Source of the DNA: a bacterium
Lineage (GTDB): Bacteria; Patescibacteriota; Minisyncoccia; Phycocordibacterales; Phycocordibacteraceae
DNA: 64,000 nt
Assembly: GCA_023269085.1 (NCBI GenBank)
Contig: JAHFML010000001.1
Span: 11,966-75,965 of the forward strand
Reading direction: 5' to 3'
The notes under the pieces are model-generated. The model saw only the letters and a list, made by a program, of their open reading frames with translations. It did no database searches and had not been told where the DNA came from. Positions 57,688-64,000 of this stretch are shown here, piece by piece. A program made the translations under genes and the position numbers. Positions within the stretch are counted from its first letter, which is position 1, and each line of letters starts with the position of its first letter.

Positions 57688-59380
57688 GATGACCACCGAT
57701 GCATTGAAAAGCGCGCTGACCAAAGTGATGAAGGGCGAGGTGAGCGATGATGAAGGCGCGCGACGCAGAGCGTCGCGCGACACCTCCCTCTTCACCCGCA
57801 CACCTTCGCTCGTCGTGTACCCCAAGAACGCCGCAGACGTGAGTGCCGCGGTGAAAGAGGTAGCCCGCGCCCGCTCCGCGGGCGCGGAAGTCTCTCTCAC
57901 CGCTCGCGCCGCGGGCACCGACATGTCGGGCGGCCCGCTCACGACCAGCGTCGTGATCTCCTTCACCGAACACATGAATCATATGGGCACTGTTGAACCT
58001 GGGACACGGATGTCCAAGTTGAGTGCCGGCTATGCCGTGTGCGAGCCCGGCGTCCTCTATCGCGACTTCGAGAAAGCGACCCTCGCGAAGAATCTCATCC
58101 TCCCCTCTTACCCCGCATCACGCGAGCTCGCGGCGATGGGCGGCATCGTCGGCAACGACTCGGGCGGCGAACGCACCCTCGCCTACGGCAAGACCGCCCG
58201 CTATGTCGAGGAGCTCGAGGTCGTCCTCTCGGACGGCTCACTCGCGACTTTCAAATCGCTCACGCCAGAAGAGGTCGAGGATAAAAAGAAATTGCAAACG
58301 CTCGAGGGCACTATCTATCGCGATATGGACGCGCTTCTCTCTAAGAACGCCGCGCTCATCGAGGCGCATCGCCCGAAGGTGTCGAAGAATGCCGCCGGCT
58401 ACGCGTTGTGGGACATCCGCGACGAGCGCACCGGCGCGACCAATCTCGCGAAGCTCATCACCGGCTCGCAGGGGACGCTCGCACTCTGGCACCATGCGAG
58501 GCTCGGCCTCGTCACACCGAAGGAGCATCGTGCGATGCTCGTCATCTTCTTGAACGACCTCGCTATCCTCCCCGAGATAGTTGCGCGGGTCCTCAAAGAA
58601 AATCCCGAATCCTTTGAGAGCTATGACGATCACACCTTCTCGCTCGCGGTGAAGTTCATGCCGCAGATGCTCGCGCAGATGGGCTTCACCAAGGCCGCAC
58701 GGCTCGGGGTGAGCTTCATCCCCGAGGCCTTCATGGTCGCGACCGGCGGCGTGCCGAAGCTCATCCTCATGGCCGAGTTCGCTGAAGCGACAATCGAAGA
58801 AGCGGATCGCCGCGCCACTGCCGCCCGCGCCGCGCTTGCCGATCTCAATCTGCAAACGAAAATCGAGAAGAACGAAAAAGAATCGGAGAAGTACTGGATC
58901 GTCCGTCGCGAGAGCTTCAATCTCTTGCGTAAGAACATGCACGGTCTTCACACCGCGCCCTTCATCGACGACTTCGTGGTCCCGCCCGCGAGCTATCCGG
59001 AGTTCTTGCCGAAGCTCGACGCGCTCCTTGCAAAATATTCGACGCACTTCATCTACACCATCGCGGGTCACATCGGCAACGGCAACTTCCACATCATCCC
59101 GCTCATGGATATCAGCAACCCAGAGAATCGTCAGGTCGTCCTCGACCTCGCGCCCGAAGTCTATCGGCTCGTCATATCGGTTGGTGGTACCACGACCGGC
59201 GAGCACAACGACGGCATTGTCCGCACGCCGTATCTCCCGATGCTCTATGGCAACGAGATGATTGCGCTCTTCGCGCAGACGAAAAATATCTTCGACCCGC
59301 AAAATATTTTCAATCCGGGTAAAAAAGTCGGCGGCACCTTCGACGACATCAAGCGCGACATGATCACCGAGAATACATAA
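57686..59380 (+). CDS. FAD-binding oxidoreductase (GlcD/D-lactate dehydrogenase family)
   Basis: RAAGT..SGG, GSQGTL, GHIGNGNFH, GEHNDG, IFNPGK. Confidence 0.92.
   Translation: MMTTDALKSALTKVMKGEVSDDEGARRRASRDTSLFTRTPSLVVYPKNAADVSAAVKEVARARSAGAEVSLTARAAGTDMSGGPLTTSVVISFTEHMNHMGTVEPGTRMSKLSAGYAVCEPGVLYRDFEKATLAKNLILPSYPASRELAAMGGIVGNDSGGERTLAYGKTARYVEELEVVLSDGSLATFKSLTPEEVEDKKKLQTLEGTIYRDMDALLSKNAALIEAHRPKVSKNAAGYALWDIRDERTGATNLAKLITGSQGTLALWHHARLGLVTPKEHRAMLVIFLNDLAILPEIVARVLKENPESFESYDDHTFSLAVKFMPQMLAQMGFTKAARLGVSFIPEAFMVATGGVPKLILMAEFAEATIEEADRRATAARAALADLNLQTKIEKNEKESEKYWIVRRESFNLLRKNMHGLHTAPFIDDFVVPPASYPEFLPKLDALLAKYSTHFIYTIAGHIGNGNFHIIPLMDISNPENRQVVLDLAPEVYRLVISVGGTTTGEHNDGIVRTPYLPMLYGNEMIALFAQTKNIFDPQNIFNPGKKVGGTFDDIKRDMITENT
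57996..58020. repeat. Degenerate GGACA..GATGTCCAAGTT palindrome inside the CDS
   Basis: Shares CGGATGTCCAAGTT with the intergenic copy at 9941-9962. Confidence 0.55.
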
Positions 59381-59402
59381 CAGAGCGCCGCATGAAGCGG
59401 CG

Positions 59403-59717
59403 CTAAGGGATAACTGTGTGGGCTCTTTCTGTTTCAGAAAAGATTCGGAGGATAACCTCCGCGAGTTCGTTATATCTTGCTTCAAGCCGCACCCTGACCC
59501 TTTCGATCTCCTCAAGACACAAGACTTCTTGAGCAAGAAGCTCATTTAGCTCTTCTGTGAGTCCTCTTATCTGATTGTCATTTGCGTTGAACATCTGGCG
59601 AGATCCTTTGCAGTCACGAAGAACAATCGTCGCTAACTTTCTCAGATCCACCATGCCTTCACATATCCCGCCAAGACGACGAGCAATTCTCTTCTTCTGT
59701 TCCCACTCCTTTTCCAT
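59403..59717 (-). CDS. Hypothetical coiled-coil protein
   Basis: GGAG SD before ATG 59717. Confidence 0.5.
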   Translation of the reverse strand: MEKEWEQKKRIARRLGGICEGMVDLRKLATIVLRDCKGSRQMFNANDNQIRGLTEELNELLAQEVLCLEEIERVRVRLEARYNELAEVILRIFSETERAHTVIP

Positions 59718-59873
59718 CACACGACTCCGAAGCTGCTCCTCTCCTACCCTATCACGCGATCGGGGCGACAGTTGGTCATTCAGAATGAAATGTGGGGACA
59801 GGCGCGTAGTAAGCGGTAGCACGCTATACTGATCGGCGTACTCGTTATCTCCTTATTTCTTTACCCTTTTTCC

Positions 59874-61667
59874 ATGATCACGCTTCCCGCTCCTGTTCGC
59901 GTCGTTTGGCAGAAGATACAAGGCTACGCACTCGCGCACAAAGCCATAGCGACTATTATCGCGCTCGTCCTTCTCTATGGCGGTTGGTCGCTCTATGGCC
60001 GACTCACCGCGCCCTCGACCGCGACGCGTTACGTGACCGCCACGGCAGCGACCGGCACCGTCGTCGCGACGATGAGCGAGACCGGCCAAGTCTCGGCGAG
60101 CTCGAACATCGATATTCTCGCGAAGTCTTCGGGCGAGGTGCTCTCACTCCCGGTCGTACCGGGCACCCATGTCGACGCCGGTTCAGCACTCGCGAGCATT
60201 GACCCGACGACCGCCCTCCAGAATGTGACCAGCGCGCGTCAAGCGCTCCAGTCGGCGCAGATCGCGCTCGCGAAGCTCCAAGAACCCGCCGCCACCTCGA
60301 CGCGCACGGGGGCTGAGAATGCGAGCGCGGCCGCAGCGGCCGCGCTCGTCCAGACGCACCAGACCGGCTATAACGACATCTCGACCGCCTTCCTCACTTT
60401 ACCGAACGTCATCACGAGCCTCGACACCGTCCTCCACGGTACGACGGTCCCGGGCCGCACGAGCGAGCAGAACGAGAATGCCTATAGCGACATGGTCGAG
60501 TCGCTTGACCCGAGCGTCGTGCAATATCGAACCGCGGCAGAGAGCGCCTACCAGAAAGCGTATGCCGCCTACACCAAAGCGCTCGCCGACTTCAAAGCGA
60601 CACCGCGCAACGCGAGTGATACGGCAATCGAGTCGCTCTTGACCGAATCCTATGCCGCGGCGGCCGATCTCTCTGATGCGCTCAAGGCTTCGACCAACTT
60701 CCTCAACTTCGTGAACACCACGCTCACGAGCCACACGCTCGCGCTCCCCACAACACTCGCTCCGCATATCGCGACGCTCACGGCGAACACCACGACGACC
60801 AACACCTCCGTCGCCGCGCTCTCGAGTGATGTCGCGAACGTGACCAGCGGCGAGCGTGCGGTCGCCGCAGCCAAGGCGTCGCTCGATGCGACGATCGCCG
60901 GCGCTGACCCGCTCGATGTGCAATCGTCGCAGCTCTCGCTCCAGATGAAGCAGGATGCTCTTGAAATTGCACAGCAGGCGCTCGCCGATACGATCGTGCG
61001 TGCGCCCTTCAGCGGTACCGTCGCCAAAGTGAATGTGCAGAAGTACGCAACGATCGGCTCGGGCACGTCGGTCGCCACGCTCGTGAGCGATAACCAGAGC
61101 GTTGATATCTCGGTCAACGAAGTCGACGCCGCGAAGCTCAAGGTCGGGGAGAAGGCGACGATCACCTTCGACGCGCTCGCGAACATTTCTATCGCGGGCA
61201 CCGTCGCGACAGTGAATACTATCGGCACCGCCTCTTCGGGCGTCGTCTCCTATGCGGCGATGATCACCTTCGATACGCCGAACCAGGACGTGAAGCCCGG
61301 CATGAGCGCGACCGTCAGCATCATCACCGGCACCGCGACGGGTATCACTATCCCGAGCGCCGCCGTGAAGGGTGCGACCGGACAGAGCTATGTCCAAGTC
61401 TTCAATCCACCGCTCGCCAATTCTGCGACGAGCCCCGGAGCGACCTCGACGACACCGCCCGTGCGCACCCCCGTCATTCTCGGGCTCTCGGGCGACACCG
61501 AGGTTATCGTCGAACGCGGTCTCGTCGCCGGCGATCAGGTCGTGACGCAGACCACCGCCGGAGCGACCGCGGCAACCGCCGCCTCTTCTGCCGCACGCAA
61601 CACCTCGGTCTTCGGCGGCGGCAGTACGCGCCCTAGCGGTGGCGGCGCAGTCCTCCGCGGACTCTAA
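59874..61667 (+). CDS. MacA/HlyD-like membrane fusion protein
   Basis: N-terminal TM, long coiled coil, VRAPFSGTV, VNEVD, KPGMSA. Confidence 0.9.
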   Translation: MITLPAPVRVVWQKIQGYALAHKAIATIIALVLLYGGWSLYGRLTAPSTATRYVTATAATGTVVATMSETGQVSASSNIDILAKSSGEVLSLPVVPGTHVDAGSALASIDPTTALQNVTSARQALQSAQIALAKLQEPAATSTRTGAENASAAAAAALVQTHQTGYNDISTAFLTLPNVITSLDTVLHGTTVPGRTSEQNENAYSDMVESLDPSVVQYRTAAESAYQKAYAAYTKALADFKATPRNASDTAIESLLTESYAAAADLSDALKASTNFLNFVNTTLTSHTLALPTTLAPHIATLTANTTTTNTSVAALSSDVANVTSGERAVAAAKASLDATIAGADPLDVQSSQLSLQMKQDALEIAQQALADTIVRAPFSGTVAKVNVQKYATIGSGTSVATLVSDNQSVDISVNEVDAAKLKVGEKATITFDALANISIAGTVATVNTIGTASSGVVSYAAMITFDTPNQDVKPGMSATVSIITGTATGITIPSAAVKGATGQSYVQVFNPPLANSATSPGATSTTPPVRTPVILGLSGDTEVIVERGLVAGDQVVTQTTAGATAATAASSAARNTSVFGGGSTRPSGGGAVLRGL

Positions 61668-61673
61668 CCTGCC

Positions 61674-62411
61674 ATGATCGATCTCCGCAATATCACGAAG
61701 ACCTACGGCTCGGGCCCCGAGGCCTACACCGCCCTCCGCAGCATCACCTTCTCGATCGACGAAGGCGAGTTCGTCGCTATTATGGGCCCCTCGGGCTCGG
61801 GCAAGTCGACCCTCATGCACATTCTCGGCTGTCTCGACACGCCGAGCCAAGGGACCTTCTCGCTTGATGGCCGCGATGTGTCGACGATGACCGACGACGA
61901 ACTCGCCGAGGTGCGCAAGGACAAAATAGGCTTCGTCTTCCAATCCTTCAATCTCCTCCCGCGCACGACCGTCCTGCGCAATGTCCTGCTCCCGCTCGTG
62001 TACGCCGGCATCGACCACGCCGAACGCGAAGATCGCGCCGAGCAGGCGCTTCTCGCCGCCGGGCTCACGCCAGAATATTTCTCGCACCTCTCCAATCAGC
62101 TCTCAGGTGGCCAGATCCAGCGCGTCGCTATCGCCCGCGCGCTCGTGAACGATCCGGCGCTCATCCTCGCCGATGAGCCGACCGGAAACCTCGATTCGCG
62201 TACGAGCCTTATCGTGCTCGGCACGCTCCAAGAGCTGAACCGCGCGCATGGCCGCACGATTATCCTCATCACCCACGAGCCCGACATCGCCGAGCACGCC
62301 GACCGCATCATCCGCCTCCGCGATGGCGAGATTGTCTCTGACGAGAAAAATAAAAAGGTTCGCGACGCAGTCGGCGAGACGCAATTATATGACGATAAAA
62401 ATACGGTATGA
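61674..62411 (+). CDS. ABC transporter ATP-binding protein (MacB/LolD-like)
   Basis: GPSGSGKST, LSGGQ, ADEPTGNLD. Confidence 0.95.
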   Translation: MIDLRNITKTYGSGPEAYTALRSITFSIDEGEFVAIMGPSGSGKSTLMHILGCLDTPSQGTFSLDGRDVSTMTDDELAEVRKDKIGFVFQSFNLLPRTTVLRNVLLPLVYAGIDHAEREDRAEQALLAAGLTPEYFSHLSNQLSGGQIQRVAIARALVNDPALILADEPTGNLDSRTSLIVLGTLQELNRAHGRTIILITHEPDIAEHADRIIRLRDGEIVSDEKNKKVRDAVGETQLYDDKNTV

Positions 62412-63643
62412 AAAATCGCGACCTCATTGACGAAACCTACGCCGCCCTCTCGGCGAACAAATCGCGCTCGGCGCTCACTATTCTCGGCATCGTGATAGGC
62501 ATCGCCTCGGTCATTGCGCTCACTGCTATCGGCCAGGGCGCGCAGAATTCTATCCAGTCCTCGATCCAATCGATCGGCTCGAACCTTATCGAGGTCTTGC
62601 CGGGCGCGGCGCGACAAATAGGCTTCGGCGCTTCGGGCGGCCGCGGCACCGCACGCTCGCTCACGAATGCGGACAAAACAGCGGTCGCGAATGTTGCAAA
62701 TATCGCGGCGATCTCGGGCGAATATTCGAGCCGCTTCCAGGTCGCCGCGGCAGGAGCGAACACGAACACCTCCGTCGATGGCGTCGACGCGGCGTATGCA
62801 AGCATCCGCAATCTCGTGATCGATCAGGGGACGTTCATCACTGATGTACAATCTTCTTCGCTCGCTCGCGTCGCGGTCGTCGGGCCCACCGTCGTCACCG
62901 ATCTCTTCGGCGCTTCTGCGGTCGCGAGCGACGCTATCGGGGCTCGTATCCGCATCAATAATTTACAATTCACTATTCAAGGCGTCACGAAGACGAAGGG
63001 CGGCTCGGGCTTCGGCAATCAGGACACGATGATCTATATCCCGATCGGCACCGCGCTCCAGTACTTCGCCGGCGCGAGCAACCAGTATCTCTCGACTATC
63101 GACATCCAAGCAGCCGATCAGACCAGCATGACGCAGGTACAAAATGACGTGACAAGCCTGCTCCTCACGCGGCACAATATCACCGACTCGACCAAAGCCG
63201 ACTTCAGCATCTTGAATCAGGCCGACATCGTCTCGACCGCCTCGAGCATCACCTCGACCTTCACCACGCTCCTCGCGGCGGTCGCGGGCATCTCGCTCAT
63301 CGTCGGCGGTATCGGTATCATGAACATGATGCTCACGACCGTCACCGAGCGCATGCGCGAGATCGGGCTCCGCAAGGCTATCGGCGCAACGCGAAGAGAT
63401 ATCAATATGCAATTCCTCGCTGAGGCGGTCGCGCTCACCTTCGTCGGCGGCGCGCTCGGCATCGCGCTCGGCTGGGGCGTCTCGTATCTCGTGTCATCGT
63501 TCGGCATCGTCCAAGCGCAAGTGACGCTCTCCTCCGTCCTGCTCGCCTTCGGCGTCTCGGCCGCGATCGGCATCGTCTTCGGCTGGTATCCGGCCCGCCG
63601 CGCCTCGAACCTGAACCCGATCGACGCGCTACGGTATGAATAA
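62408..63643 (+). CDS. ABC transporter permease (MacB/FtsX-like)
   Basis: RSALTILGIVIG, VGGIGIMN, EIGLRKAIGA, PIDALRYE. Confidence 0.95.
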   Translation: MKNRDLIDETYAALSANKSRSALTILGIVIGIASVIALTAIGQGAQNSIQSSIQSIGSNLIEVLPGAARQIGFGASGGRGTARSLTNADKTAVANVANIAAISGEYSSRFQVAAAGANTNTSVDGVDAAYASIRNLVIDQGTFITDVQSSSLARVAVVGPTVVTDLFGASAVASDAIGARIRINNLQFTIQGVTKTKGGSGFGNQDTMIYIPIGTALQYFAGASNQYLSTIDIQAADQTSMTQVQNDVTSLLLTRHNITDSTKADFSILNQADIVSTASSITSTFTTLLAAVAGISLIVGGIGIMNMMLTTVTERMREIGLRKAIGATRRDINMQFLAEAVALTFVGGALGIALGWGVSYLVSSFGIVQAQVTLSSVLLAFGVSAAIGIVFGWYPARRASNLNPIDALRYE

Positions 63644-63731
63644 AAAATATTCGAGAGGCGTACTAGACGCAAGTCTCGAAAAGTGTGAGTGGCACGCTTG
63701 ACGATGCCGACACCGACCGCCCAATAACTCG

Positions 63732-63774
63732 CAAGGTTCGACCTTTGGCCCAAAATCTTCAAGGTCGAACCTTG
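63732..63774. repeat. Palindromic element family B, intergenic copy
   Basis: CAAGGTTCGACCTT...CAAGGTCGAACCTTG. Confidence 0.85.
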
Positions 63775-63898
63775 AATACCGTTATCCACAGTTGGCTTGC
63801 GTTTCGCGCACATTTCTGGCATATTATAGGTACTCGCAGAGTATCCGAGCTCCGATAGGTGTTCAGTTTCGGCGAGATTAACCGGTTTAGATCTACAC

Positions 63899-64000
63899 AT
63901 GGATAATCCTCAGGCAGCAGCAGTACAAGGGAACAAGCTTTACGTAGGCGGCATTCCCTATCGCTCAACCGAAGATGATATGAAGAAGGCCTTTAGCGAG
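63899..64000 (+). CDS. RRM RNA-binding protein, partial
   Basis: MDNPQAAAVQGNKLYVGGIPYRSTEDD, RNP2 motif. Confidence 0.85.
   Translation, partial: MDNPQAAAVQGNKLYVGGIPYRSTEDDMKKAFSE

Noticed and set aside
39018-62087. Long antisense ORFs (e.g. 39018-40310, 41680-43425, 44411-45436, 58238-59545, 60399-62087)
   Set aside because: Shadow frames of well-supported genes in GC-rich DNA with no recognisable motifs
63782-63790. Perfect DnaA box TTATCCACA as oriC
   Set aside because: Single box; no cluster, AT-rich unwinding element or dnaA/dnaN in view

Overview
Chromosomal window from a GC-rich Patescibacteria (CPR, Parcubacteria-like) bacterium, standard code. The taxon is inferred from protein styles: two mreB paralogs, a short proS, a PBP2 with the Parcubacteria-type N-terminus and a GT4-GH57-GH15 cluster. 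Housekeeping blocks are pbp2-mreC-mreB-proS-rseP-frr-holB-like-mreB2, def-fmt, hpf, csp, mltG, an alpha-glucan cluster, a PIF1 helicase and a MacAB-like exporter. Four accessory features interrupt them. (1) A tRNA-Asn(GUU) gene is split at anticodon position 35/36 by a 577-nt group I intron carrying an HNH endonuclease in its L1 loop. (2) An AT-rich defence island next to that tRNA holds a serine recombinase and a type I RM operon with an HTH-fused HsdM, an OLD-like ATPase-TOPRIM and an unknown gene between hsdS and hsdR. (3) A REP-associated HUH tyrosine transposase is flanked by palindromes whose relatives are scattered through the window, some inserted in frame inside housekeeping genes. 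(4) A second defence-like hotspot holds a zeta toxin, a DUF3800 gene with a convergent small hairpin RNA, an SRA-Mrr nuclease and duplicated RM-gene tails. Many genes have a -10 box 6-9 nt before the ATG, suggesting widespread leaderless mRNA. All family assignments come from motif recognition by eye; no database searches were run.
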